Positions 1 through 12,903 of a stretch of 64,000 nucleotides of DNA are shown in pieces. Source of the stretch: Kudoa neothunni (Eukaryota; Animalia; Cnidaria); the NCBI GenBank assembly GCA_964304625.1, contig OZ199839.1, forward strand, positions 8,604,221 through 8,668,220, in the 5' to 3' direction. The position numbers were made by a program, and so were the translations under genes. Within the stretch, counting starts at the first letter, position 1. Each line of letters begins with the position of its first letter. Under the pieces are notes generated by a model. It did no database searches and was not told the origin of the DNA. It worked only from the letters and a program-made list of their open reading frames with translations.

Positions 1-690
1 CGATGGAAGAGCTTTCAGTGTAACCATCTTAGTTAGACTTAGACATAAACAATTCACAACTCAAAGTTTACACAAATTCGTCAATGTTTGAACACGCAAC
101 TTAGCAAAATTATGCTTTTATTTTTCTTTAAATTAATGAAACTCTAGACAAACTACTACAAAATAAATCAATACATAATTTGCATGGATAAAACCCTGGA
201 GTCTTTTTAGATCCCAAAGGGGCCAGATGCAAGTGTTTGAGAAATATCCTATTACTTTATGTGTGAAGAAAAGTTAATACTGGCTTTCAACCAATGGATT
301 ATTATGAAAAAATGGATATGTTACCTAGAAAATGAAAATAATCTATAGGAGAAAATAACTGATTGAGCAACCACTGGAGTTGAAAACGACCCCAAACGCT
401 AGGAGGATTAATAGACATTATGTCTTATTAATTGTTGTAAAATAATGAAGCCATTTATAACGAAAATTTATTATTATTTTCAAACGCGATTATTACAATA
501 TTGAAAAAATTATTTCTTAGTTTTCTTACAAGAAATAATATAAAGAGAGAAATACAATTTTCGAATAAATAGACATACGCGAAACTTATCAATTATGTGG
601 TTAAAAGTAAGTAATGAAAAAATATAATTTATATTATTAATACTATCGCTGAATCGAACTTTATTTTTTGGAAGAATTCTATAAAAAAAT

Positions 691-3607
691 CTAATTTTGA
701 TTTTTCCAATATCCAAAATAGAATCCCACGCCAACAACAATGATGAGCACTGGAACTACCACAGCAATAATTCTAAAATAATTGGTTAACAAGACATCTC
801 AATCAATAAGTACATAGTATTTTTAGACCTAAAATAAATCAAAAATAAATAATCTATGTTGTGTTACATGGATTTATTTGATTCATCATCTAATAAAATA
901 ATGAGAAATTACGAACAACAACATTTTTCCAACTACCTTTCTGGATTTCGACAAAACCAGAGATATTGCTATCTGTACTATGATATAACATCAAACGGTA
1001 ATTGTTGGTACTATCCACGTTTGAAATTGTAAATTCCTTGCATGATGGAAAAGCTGAACAATTTTGTTTACCAATTTCCATACATTTTTGAACGATTGGT
1101 TTTGATGGATCATCCCAATTTTTTAATTCCCATTTACATAACGACTTTTCATCGATATCAGTAGGAAGGGAAGTTTTAACTTTTATGTTATCGGCTTCTC
1201 TTGTAAACACTATGGTTAATTTTATTGGATTTTTAATGAGGATAGCTTTTGGATCTAAATTAAAATTTATGATCACAAGAATTAATGTACATATTTTTAA
1301 TAATTTTAAAAATTCATTTAAAATATAAACGATATTAATTTAGATTTTTTATTACTTATAGGTATTTTGAGGGTAGTTTCTGCAGATCTGCCGACAGCCG
1401 TAACCAAAACTTCATATTCTTTGTCTGCTTCGTATCCTTCATTAAATATAATATCAGTACATAATGGTGGTTGTGTGCATGGAGTTATTTTGGGGTTTTT
1501 ATTTGAAGATGGTGCATCCTGCGGTTGTTTTTCATTAGTTGCCCTGGCTATTTTTATTTTAGAAGCCCTTGATACATTAGAGGTTGTTCCAACGTTTGTA
1601 GTAGAAGCTGATGGTGGGCATTGATAGACTAATTCAGATTCTTGCCCCTTCTTTATTTTTACTGTATATTTACAAGTAGCTGCAGGATATGGTGTTGACA
1701 GTACACCTGTCACCTTGAAACCGTTTTCTATAAATTCCGATTTTAGCGTAAGCGTTGACAAAGCTTGAAACAAAATTAGTTATATAATTAGAATTCAACT
1801 ATTTATATACTCGTCGTAATTTTGTGTATTTTCTCTCCATATTCCTCATGTGAAACAACCTTTAGATCATACTCAGTTCCAGGCATTAAACCTATAATTT
1901 TTTGAGAATCCCTACAAAAACCCCTGCAAGGATAACTATCTTCGCACATTGCACACACATATACATCCTTTCCGTGAGGGCTTATGTAGTAAGCACATGT
2001 TTTGTCTGTAGATTTAATTTCTTCATTTCCATCTATTGCTTTGATTAATGCAGTTGTATCCTTTACTGTTGGGTTTGTTAGAGAAAAGTCAGATTCAGAT
2101 TTTTTTTCTATATATTTATTTTAATAAATATTCTTTTCTATTATTTTACCTGTTCGAAAGAATATATGTTCTTTAAAGCCTTCAAGAGGACTAGCGTTAT
2201 TGCCTGCCGCAATTTCAAGAATATAAGGTTTTCCATTAGCAAGCTCTTTTATCGTTAGAGCTCCATCACAATTCGAGGCACAGTCACTACTACTATTTTC
2301 ACATTTTGCAACCGCATTAGTAGTAGGTTTAGGTTTGTCTGCTTCGTAATAAGTTACAGTACAACTATCAAAACTAGGATTGCTTCCTGGCTTGAACAAC
2401 TTAACATTTAATGTAACACCAGTAGGTGAGTATGTTGGCAATAAGGTAGTAGAAGCGGTTTCGGTAACAACTATAAGAAGATTATAAATGAGCAAATATT
2501 CGTGAAGTACCAAACTTTTTCTGAATATATCCATCATATGTGGTTTCTCTTTTAGCTAACGATACGTGTCTGGTTTGAATCAATATTTCAACAAAAGATT
2601 TAGAAGCGGTGAGATCGAGTTCAACATTGTTACATGGCGCATAACATTTATCTGCTGAACCACACTTTGATTTGTATTCATTGTTAGTGCCGGTTGGTGG
2701 CACTTCTCTTATACTGAAAAGACACATTTCGAAGGGAAATTTGTTTGTAAACTTTAACATATACTTCGACGTTCCACCCGAACTATAGGTCACATAATAT
2801 TGTGGTTGATAAACATCAATGTTTAGAAGAGTGTATTTATTTTGCAATTTATAAAAGAAACTGGGATAATTATCGCATTTCATTTCATAATGTGGAATCA
2901 TCAAATTAAACTCTACTTCACTTTCAATATTGTCAGTGCAGCTTTGCTTAACAGTTCCATCCTGATATTTCACGTTCTTATAAAATATTGGACAATTCAC
3001 CGGTTTACAAGTTTTTGTTATCAATTTTAATTTTTGGTCACTTTTCTCGATTGTAACTTGTGGATTGACCAATAATGCTAAAAAAAAATTTTACTATAAA
3101 TATCAGAAGTTTTAAGTACGCCACTCTAATCCATATACAGCTCCGCCATTATTTTTCGCTGCAGCAGCGGATACAGTATTATCTGTAAAGACGGCAATAT
3201 ACTTTGATCTTGGAGAAAACTTGTCAAAACCTAGTTTATTGGTATTTCCTAAGCACGTCCAGACACATTGGTTATTATTTACTTCTTGATCACCACCAGG
3301 ACATGAAGTAATATCAACAAGATCCGTGTTTTCAGCGTTCGATATTTTGATATGACACTTTTTGTCCGAGGAATAATCATTTCCACTTAATATCAAATTA
3401 ACCTTAAATTCATTTGTCTCTTTTACAAGTTTGTAAGTTAGAGGAATTTTTAGTAGCAGCTGGAGTTGGAGTTGGAACACTTTCTTGACCTTCATGAGTG
3501 GATATAAGCGAAAAGTAGACTATATATTGTTAGTAATATTTTTTGTAATTTATGTATATACTTGAGAGATAAGTACAAATTCCTAAATAATAAACAGAGT
3601 CTTTCAT
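691..3607 (-). CDS. Multi-exon type I membrane protein: signal peptide, about 7 Cys-containing fibronectin type III-like modules, C-terminal TM and very short tail; one apparent frameshift near 3447-3451
   Basis: Hand-spliced model: ATG 3607 gives MKDSVYYLGICTYLS/IYFSLIST (signal-like). Track ORFs 3112-3495, 2482-3072, 2121-2537, 1318-1773 and 890-1276, plus an untracked exon at about 1811-2107, join in frame through phase-1 GT-AG introns. Micro-exons 868-889 and 814-828 lead to the last exon 691-772, IIAVVVPVLIIVVGVGFYFGYWKNQN*. FN3-type motifs include GLMPGTEYDLKV, ELANGKPYILEI and YEADKEYEVLVTA. Confidence 0.8.
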
Positions 3608-3929
3608 TATATACTGCAAAAGAAATAAACGATAGTTGTCGTTTAATATGAAAATCAAAAATCTTATCGGATTATGATTTATATTATATACATTTATATA
3701 TAAATTCAATTGTTCAGGAATACTACGCACTTTTTTGGACAACGAATTGGGTTCGTAATAACTAGAGACCATAATTTTCGACGTTTATTTTAAAAACTAT
3801 CTCACGTGCAACATAAAACTTTATTTTGAAAATCAATGTCGACGAAGTAAACATGAATATATTTATATCAAATTTTAATTTAAAATGCAATATTTAAAGC
3901 ATTCTTATTTTTTCGAACGCCAGATTCAC

Positions 3930-4479
3930 TCAATAACTTTTGAGCAAATTCTTAAATTTTGGGGGATTTCTATCCATAACTATAGGTGATAGTGGTATGT
4001 GCACCAATTCGTGGCCTACCTCACGCGATATGGAATACTTTGATTTTTTTGTTCTCAAAATTCCAGAACCCATCATTTTATCACTTCCCATTAGTGAAAA
4101 TTTCACTAATTCATGAATTAGAATATCTCGTTGTTCAACGTTGACAGATTTAGGAGTATTTTTTGAGTCATTTTCCTCAAAATTATTAAATTGAGTAATT
4201 TAGCTATTTACATGAACTTTAAAAAGAATTCTCGTGCTTGTTTTTCGCTCACATCCGTAATAACAAGCATTTGTAGACAGCTAATCAAATAACGAGGTCA
4301 ATACGTATAATTTCTAAATTTTTCAAAATTCTACATTAATGAATGTCCATATCGCACTGTACATTATATGTGAAACAAATGACATCCTTACAATATGATT
4401 ATGAAGCATTTACATACTTTCTTGATATTTCTCCATACATAAAGTTGAGCTCCGTATAATGGTCATACAGTTCTGCCAT
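3930..4479 (-). CDS. Putative small spliced gene of unknown function (not in ORF track)
   Basis: ATG 4479 gives MAELYDHYTELNFMYGEISR. Three short GT-AG introns join it to an open final exon of about 80 codons (ENDSKNTPKSVNVEQRDILIHELVKFSLMG...KNLLKSY*). No family recognised. Confidence 0.4.
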
Positions 4480-5519
4480 CCTAGTTTATTCTTCCGAAGG
4501 GTCTCTGTAATTACTTTGGGAAAAATAACAAATTAAATTCACTGAAGATTTTTAAATCAATCATAAATATAGATTTATCATTGATTTATTGGACATAAAA
4601 TCAAATCTATATGTTAAATAATAACCCATTTTTAAAATCGGAACTATCGTCTATTATTAGGGAATATCATTTATTTCCTAAGACTGGTTTGGTGGCTTCC
4701 GGATACAATTGTTATATTCTTGGCAGTTTATTATCTACCAAAGATCTATCACTAGATATGATTGACTTGCATAACAATATTTTGCGACAACATGGAGATA
4801 TCTACTATTTCTGCCAATAAATAACAGTGGAAATCTATCAAACCTAAAAATAAGAATCAGGTTCACTAATAACTCATTATTCTATGTATGTCTAAAAAAT
4901 ATTGTAAATAAGTGGTGAATTTTCAAAAGGCGCTTCTAGTTACAGGTGTTGTTTTAATAAATATGCGCCATAATTCTAATAATGGATAGAGGCGATGTAT
5001 GTCTACTTAGTCTGCTAATTAGATTGTTGTCCAAATATTTTTAATACATTTATTCGGCTATATAATTGTCAATTTATCTTGTTTTTCTGCCCATAATGAT
5101 GCAGAGAACGTTCAATGAATTATCTCGATTTAGATCGAAAATAAAAAAAAAGTTCCAAAAATTTGAGGTTAATCGATTTTAACCATCTAAGTATAATTGA
5201 GGTCTTTTGGACCACAGTTATAATTTAGTTGTCAATTTTTTACCACATTAACTTGTGAGAAATTTTCGTCAGTCATTCTTTTCTTCTATAATTTGTAATT
5301 TATAACTAGTAAAATTCAACTAGTTATAAAACTTTTTTATTCGGTAGAAAAAAAGTTAATCCAAAAACACCCTCCAGGTAAAATTGGGAACTAAAAGACC
5401 CCCAAATTATTTTTCATCTAATTATCCAAAATATTCATTTAAATGTTTGGGAAAATTTTTAAAAAATTCTAACTAATAAATATATTTTTATTTCATAAAT
5501 ATCATATCTTAATCTCAGT

Positions 5520-6451
5520 TGCGCATGCACCATAGATAATTTCGTTGACGAGCAGATGGTTCCATATTATGGAATGAATTCGGCTTTAAATTCCGTGTAA
5601 TTGGGAATAGAACGGGATATATTTATATAGATTCAAAGTCTACTGCTTTAAAAAATCCCAAAATTCAAATTTCGAGTTAGGAGAGAGTGTGGTTATGAAT
5701 TTCAAAAACGAATTAGATGATACATCAGGACTTTAAGTTTACTTTGACAACTTTTTTTTCGTCACATAAACTTTACACACTTTTGGGAAACATAAAAGTT
5801 AACGCAATCGGAACTGTTAGAGCAAACCCAACTGGCCATTGTCCTCTTAAAACTAAAAATCATTTAAACAAACGTTAGAGGATTTTTTGAAACTTTTCAC
5901 GTTGATAATGGAATCATTTTTTCCCAATGGAATGACACTAAACCCGTTATTTTAAATTTTAATGAGTGACTTTTTATCTTGTTTTCCTTACCTTTCGGCA
6001 AGGAGGTATTCTCAACAAGAAAAACAATATATTTCAATACCATGAACGAAAATTATTAGCGAACTCAATGCAAATATGGGTGGAGTAGATCTCGCTGACA
6101 ATGCAATAACTAATGATCGAATATCCATAAAGGGAAAGAAATGGTATTGGCAAGTGTTTACACACTTTTTATCTGTGTGCTACCAACTCTTGGAAACTGA
6201 TACGAAAGAGTACTAATCCGAAATTTATTTTATTGCAACGTAGACGAAAAATTGTTTCTGAATTGATAATTCCTCGCGATTATGAAAATATAAGACAAAT
6301 CAATTGGCTTGGTTTAAATATGTTAAAGAAGGGGTGTTTGGGTGTTCCACTCAAAAGTGATTCAAAAAGAGGAACAAGATGTGTTGTATATCGCGATAAA
6401 ATCTATCTTTATTGTGTAGGATGTGACTCAAGATTTCATTTAAAATGTTAA
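5520..6451 (+). mobile_element. Decayed piggyBac transposase fragment (PGBD2/3-like)
   Basis: Motifs VDEQMVPYYG (~5544), YFDNFF, IGTVRAN, QWND.KPV, MGGVDLADN..ISIKGKKWYW and C-terminal CVVYRDKIYLYCVGCDSRFHLKC; many stops and frameshifts. Confidence 0.85.
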
Positions 6452-6729
6452 CTAATTTTCCATAAAAAATAGAATAAATTTCGTTCATTTTTGTCATTTA
6501 AATTCAAACTTTTATTTTAAATTTAACGGAATATTGCTTATTATTTGGAATATCCGCACATATATCCCCTTTTTGAAAAGCAGTATTTATTAAAAAATAA
6601 GATTAAAGTTGTAACTTTATTAATTTTCAAGGCATGATGTTGTATTTGCGCAAAAACTGTACAAATAGAAACTTGGGAAGAAAAATAGATTGGTTCGGGG
6701 ATTAATCAAAATGGGGTGTTTTATAGAGC

Positions 6730-7020
6730 TGGCTAATTTTAACGCCGCAACCGCGTTATGGGAATTGTGTTAGAGTGGGAGTAAGGTCGTTTCACATCCC
6801 AAGAATTGGAAGTATATGTAAGGTTACCAGGGTAATTTCTTTTACCATTTCGTAGACAATTGGGTTTTGCTAATAGTAGGGTAGGAACGTGATTGTTATG
6901 AGGATCGGTGGGTGAATTGAAAATTGAATCCAAGCATTTTGTTTTTTGGAGTCGTTAGAGAAAATGGATTATTTGTGGGAAGATGAAACGTGAGCGTATG
7001 GGGAAGATACTTAAACCCAT
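6730..7020 (+). repeat. Dispersed repeat, homologous to 27050-27340 in the opposite orientation
   Basis: Shared blocks TTTTAACGCCGCAACCGC, CAAGAATTGGA, GTAATTTCTTT and GATTATTT.TGGGAA...AAACGTGAGC..ATGGGGA align colinearly over about 290 bp. Confidence 0.7.
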
Positions 7021-8721
7021 CATATGAAATATTTAATTGAATATTTGTACGATTATTGTTTAAATGTAGATCGAACTGTCAACACACATTAATAATTAAA
7101 CTGTTGCACATATTATTTCTTAATGATTATTGCGACAATAAATTATTTATATAAATGTTGCAACTTGAAATCAGGTTATCTTAAGTTAAGATAAAAATTA
7201 ATAAATGATTATTTTTTATAATTATGTCTGACCTAAAAGAAGTCATTAGTTTATAGTTTAACTTGAGTTGTAAAAGCCCACTTATACTTGGATAGATTTT
7301 TTTTATTTTTGTGGTAATTTTTCGTGTCGTTTAGAGTATTATTTGTCTTAAAAAAAATAAATTCAGATAGAAATGAGTATTCTATTCCCTGAAAATCAGT
7401 ATAATATATTTTTTACGTAAATAAAATTCCAGATTACCAAAGAAACTCCATAGATTATTTAATGATAGTCGTATTCAACAAAGTTACACTTACAACTGAG
7501 ATCAATACAGAATCGGAAATGGGAGTAGAAAGCTATATAAACAGAAAATATCATAAAATCTCGATAATTATCAGAGATATTTAACACTCGTTAGAATTAT
7601 TTTAAATTAGAGAAATATTTAGATGCGTATATTTTTATAGATCAAAACTATAGCGACTGTCATTTTTATTCTTTACCTAAGCGATTAACACAAGTAATTT
7701 AAATTATGACTAGTTAACCGTATATTAGAACGAAAAAAGTGGTAATTTTATAGTCAGTGGCTGAAAAAAATAAGTTAAAGCTCGCAAGTTCTCATTATCC
7801 ATTTAATGAGGTTGAAAATTTAAGAAATTAACGCGATTTACCGCAGCTTAAAAATATTAAACACATTCATTAAATTTGTTGTTGTAATGGAATTTGTTAG
7901 AATAAAATATAGGCGATTTCTGGGGTCAAATTTGATGTCCATTGGGTGCTTAAGGTTGATCCATTTTTACTTGAGTGACAATATTTAATTACATTATACT
8001 AATTAGTATTTTCTTTTTATTAAAATTTTACTGAATGTGTCCAATTATTAAAAATAACCTTTAACACTAATCTCTAATTAGAATTGAAAGCAATGATTAC
8101 AGATTAATAATAAATATCGCTAACGCATTTATCGCATAAAATTGTTTAATTTACCTCTGCAGAATTGTTGAAATGAAATAATATAATATATAAGAATTCC
8201 ACATTTGTTAATACTTTCTAATATTATAATTGGAAAAACTTATCGTAAAATTGAATTTCGACTTTTAGAATTTTATACGAATAAACATTGTAAAATTGTA
8301 ATAATAAAAATTAATAAAATGTATAAAAAATTAATTTTTTAAATTCTTTTACTTTTATTATATTTAACTCGATATTGAATCTTTTGTTCATTACTAAATT
8401 TTACTACAATAATGAACCCGACCTAAATTATATTGTAACCAATAATATCTCACAAGAAACTAACACTATTAATCGATTCCTTCATTAAAATTTCATAGAC
8501 TTAAATTTTTAGTAGTTCAAGTGTATTTTTTCTAAAAATATAATCGATTATCTAAAAAAATTGTTTTAAACATTTTTCTAAATCTAACATAATTCTTAGA
8601 AATCTAAGAATAAAATTACACATATATTAGTTGAAAACTAAACTATTTCACCAATAAAATAGTTATCTGTCGATAATCTATAAAAAACATATATTTCTCA
8701 CACTATTTTATGTACTGAGGC

Positions 8722-11700
8722 ATGCGTAATCACAATATTAAATCGCAAAAGCAAAGCGAATGGAACCATCGAACGATGAATTGGTTTCGAAGTGAAAAAA
8801 TTAAATTTATATCCAATTTAAATTACAATTGTTTCTGTAATAGACTTGAAAACTTTTTCAATGGTGATGAACCCACTAAAAGTGAAGATCTTTTGAATAT
8901 TCGAAAAATCAAGCCGTCATCATTGAATATCGAAACTAACGTGCCTTTGGATGAAGAACTGCTTCTCGAGCAGCTCAAAGTCAATAGTATGACATATTTA
9001 ATGAGATTTTATTTTTGTTAATTGAATTATTCCATTTTCAGCGTCATCCTTTACAAATGTGAACGTGTTGATTCCACATTATGTTCGGTTTATTATTCTC
9101 AACAACAACGGCAAACCAATATACACACGGTAAGTCTTAATAAACAATAAAATTCATTTATTGAATTTGAAACGGAAAATAATATTTTCTCTGTGTAGAA
9201 TTGGGACCGATTATGAGTTGAATATATTGGCCCCTGTTATCACTACTATTGTAAGTCATTTCCAACATCAAATGGATGAAATCAAATATATTGAGTGCGA
9301 AAATCAAACAATTGCTTTTCTTAATAAAGATCCTCTTTTGTTTGTGTTGGTTGCTACTAATTTTGATAAATCAGTGGTATGTGTGTTTTCAGTTTCTCCA
9401 CCATATGTTACGTTGTAAACATGTCTCCTACAAACACTTTTTTTATATAGTTAGAGAAATGGTTAGACCTATTGTATAGTCAATTATTGAGTATCTGCAC
9501 AATTGAAAAAATTAAACTGTTTGATAGCCGAGATCCAACCAAATTGATTGAAGGTATGTGTTTCAACCTTTAATTCACATTTGCAAGGTTTTAACTGCAG
9601 AATAATTCATGTGCATTTGATTGTAGGTTCCGATCATTTGTTTGAGAGTTTGTTACACTCCTTGGAGAGCGACATTAGTTGTTCGTTAGATGCTGTAAGT
9701 TTTAACAAAAATCACCATGAGGAGAACACATTTTACATTAAATAAATTTGGAATATTTATGAGATTTCGATTGTGTATAAATAGGTGAAATACATTCCAA
9801 TGGAAGGAAAAACTCGACAAATCTTTGTGGATTCTCTTTCTCAATCTGATACTAATGTACGTGTGTTGTTATTAGAAAACACGTTGTAAATTGTTAATAT
9901 TTAGATTGTGCCTATTCAATTTATTATGTATGGAGACATGATAGTTGCTATGTGTGTGGCTCCGACTGTTCAATTTTATCGGAATGGTGTGTTTAGTTGT
10001 TGAGATTGTATAAAGGTGACGGGTTGTTTTTGTTTAAGATTTTTATATGGTGTGTAATCTGGCTAAAACATCCCAGATCAATACAAACGATGAAAATTGG
10101 ATTCCCGTGTGTCTACCTAATTTTAACAACAAGTTGGTGTTAATGTTCTAATTACATTGTAATCATTATTGTGGCAGAGGGTATTTTCATTGTTATATAT
10201 CACGCGTTTTCGGCGGGATGGAAACCACCAATCAACACCCAAAATTAAAATACATTGCATTATCAACTCAATTCAGTTCGTTCACCACCATTAAAACCAC
10301 CAGAGATGCTATTTCTGGTGTAATGCAATTAAATTGAATAAATTGATTTTTTACCAAAATAACAATCGTTTATAATAAATAGTATCTGACCGATCATGAA
10401 TTGATGGATAACATTGATTTTAATTACGAACAATATTTACCTTCTCTCCAAAGTAAGTGATAATTAAATTGCATGGTGATGTTGTTTTTTTTAAATGAGA
10501 GGGGCAACCAACTAATTATTGTTTGTTAAAGTTTCGCTGCCCAATATTGGTATCTATAATTACATTTGTATGAACGTTGAAACAGATATACCACAAATTG
10601 TTGCATGTCCCCGAGCGTGGCCCTATGTGTCTTCGAATGACAGAAATCGTCTTCGAACGTTGTACATCAAATATTTACGTTTTCTTGATTTGTCAGATGA
10701 ACGGCCGTACTATGTTTGTCAATTGAATGATAAAGAAGCTGTTTGTGTCTATGTATCTTTGTTTTTAAAATATTGATATACAGCCCTTCATCGATATTTA
10801 AGCATTTTATAAATTAAATTATTAAAATAAATTTAAGATATATAACAATGAAGATAGGAAAATTTAAGCGTTAAAATCAAATTTTATGAATATAATTGTT
10901 AATTTTTATTTAAGCTCGCATAAAAATATTCAATCTTTTTAATTTAACTTTGTAATATGCCAATTATTTTGAATAAAATTAAAATAAATCATGTTTACTT
11001 ATTTTCATATAAAATCAGAGAATTACTTTTTTTATATTGTAAAAAACTTTACTTAGATTTTTAATATGTCAATTGTTTTAAAAAAATTAAAATGCTGTAT
11101 CGTAATTATTTACTATCAAATAAGGTTTGAGACTTAATTTTTTTAAATATTTTGTTTTTTATATTTTTATTATTTTAATTATTGAAAAAAATTAAAATAT
11201 ATCACTATTCATTTTCGTATTATTTTTGAATGTTTGGAACCTTTTTATAATTTTTTATTGAAATAAATATATTGCATTAAGTTTAATGGCATTTGAAATC
11301 CCCAAGGATTGTGAAAACAATGTGCTAATTGGTTACAAATTTTTTTACGCGAATGTAATATACATTAAATTTAATATAATAGATTTACAAAAATAATTAA
11401 TTTTAACTTGGGTAAAAATTATTGAAATTATTTCCAACAAACTATCTCCTACGCCCTTGGTATGACAGATCGCTGTTTATTTGTGTAAAATGTAAATATT
11501 TTTAGCGCACTAAATAGATTAACAAATTATGAAAAGTCAGTGGTGCTATTGAATCATTTTACAATTTTAGTTTCGTTTTTCATAATAATTATCTGGGTTG
11601 GATATGGAGGATATGTTATAGTGACTGATTTGGCAACTTTTGGAGTTAATTAGAAAAGTTTTATGGTTTTAAGTTTATTTGAATTTTTGTTATTTTATCT

Positions 11701-12272
11701 AATGTCGAAAGTTATATGAAATGAATAACCCATTTTCAGAAAAAAAAAGTAATATTGTCAACCATGTGACTATTTCTTTCGATTTTTCCAACTTTAATAT
11801 ATTTATTTATATATCAATATTTAACAAATGTATCTAAAAATATTAAATATCCATTGTATGTTTTATTATTCAAATTTTGATGCTTTTTTAAAGGATGCGT
11901 AAAACCGGTTACTGACCGCCTGCATAATAATGTCGAGCATTTATAGATTTATGGGGCGAAAATTTTTCTATGAATTTGTTGACTTTTTTAATAGTAGGAT
12001 AATTTCTCCACACTCTAGTTAGGCGTATATCAAATTTTATTGCTATTTAGTCTGTTGGATGATATTTTAATTCTTTAGAGAGACTATCAATTCAAAATTG
12101 TCACCGTATGTAGCGCTCTGCTGGATGAGTGCACTATCTTGAATAAGACCATTAAACTGGTCGATTATTTTATCGTATATTTGATTGGATTTTAGGATTC
12201 TAATTATTTTTATATTCCTAGCTTTTCGGCGATAAAATTTTCGTTCGCAAAACGGACCTTACCATTAACTGA
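8722..12272 (+). CDS. MON1: Vacuolar fusion protein MON1/SAND homolog (Rab7 GEF subunit), many exons
   Basis: Spliced peptides FIILNNNGKPIYTR/IGTDYEL...IAFLNKDPLLFVLVA, ENWIPVCLPNFNNK/GYFHCYIS and terminal ...TIKLVDYF/..ADKIFVRK match the MON1 longin-domain motifs (ILSxxGKPIYSR, WxPxCLPxFNxxG, DRLF). There is a large intron at about 10753-12078. The exact start is uncertain. Confidence 0.85.
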
Positions 12273-12903
12273 TCATTGAAAATTTTTTTATATTTTATTT
12301 GTTTTTTATAGTAATTTGAATTTTATATGATTTTGTTTTTATGTTTGATTTCTTTTGCGCACGAAGTTGTTGCACTATACGAATGTGATATCCGATTTGC
12401 ATTTCTGCCACAATAATAATAATAATATTAGAATTTAATTTTTAACTTATTTTCTTGCAATAACTATCAATGTACGGATTGTATTGCTCTATTGTGGTAA
12501 TAATATCTAATTAAAAAGGCGAATACACTTTACTTCGCTATTATTTAACTTTTGTTGTATTTGAAATAATAGAGAATTTTCCATTCTCTCCGCGGACTAA
12601 TAAAAAAAAGATTAACTAATAATAATAAATGTATAAAATTGCAAAATTTTTAATACCATGGAAACGATTAGAAAAATTATTTAGTGATTAATTATGTTCG
12701 AAATATATTTTGAAATATTAGCAACGTATTGGAAAATATTTAAAAATATTTTTGGCCGAATATCTTGTGTATACTTATCTGAGCTCTCCACTTAGAAATA
12801 ATGATTAGATCAAAGGAAGTATTTACGTCGTAACAATATAATATTTTCATATTCTTTTTTTTAAGTTATGTGTATCAACATTGGTTGAATGAAAATGAAG
12901 ATA

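Noticed and set aside
1-418. Possible 5' end of another - strand gene (ATG 418, MSINPPS...)
   Set aside because: Splice-like signals exist, but I could not build a consistent stop-free exon chain.
7380-7960. Possible further piggyBac remnant (GGGGTCAAATTTGA end-like motif); similar motifs near 35060-35105 and 47020-47070
   Set aside because: No matching partner end or convincing transposase motif could be assigned.
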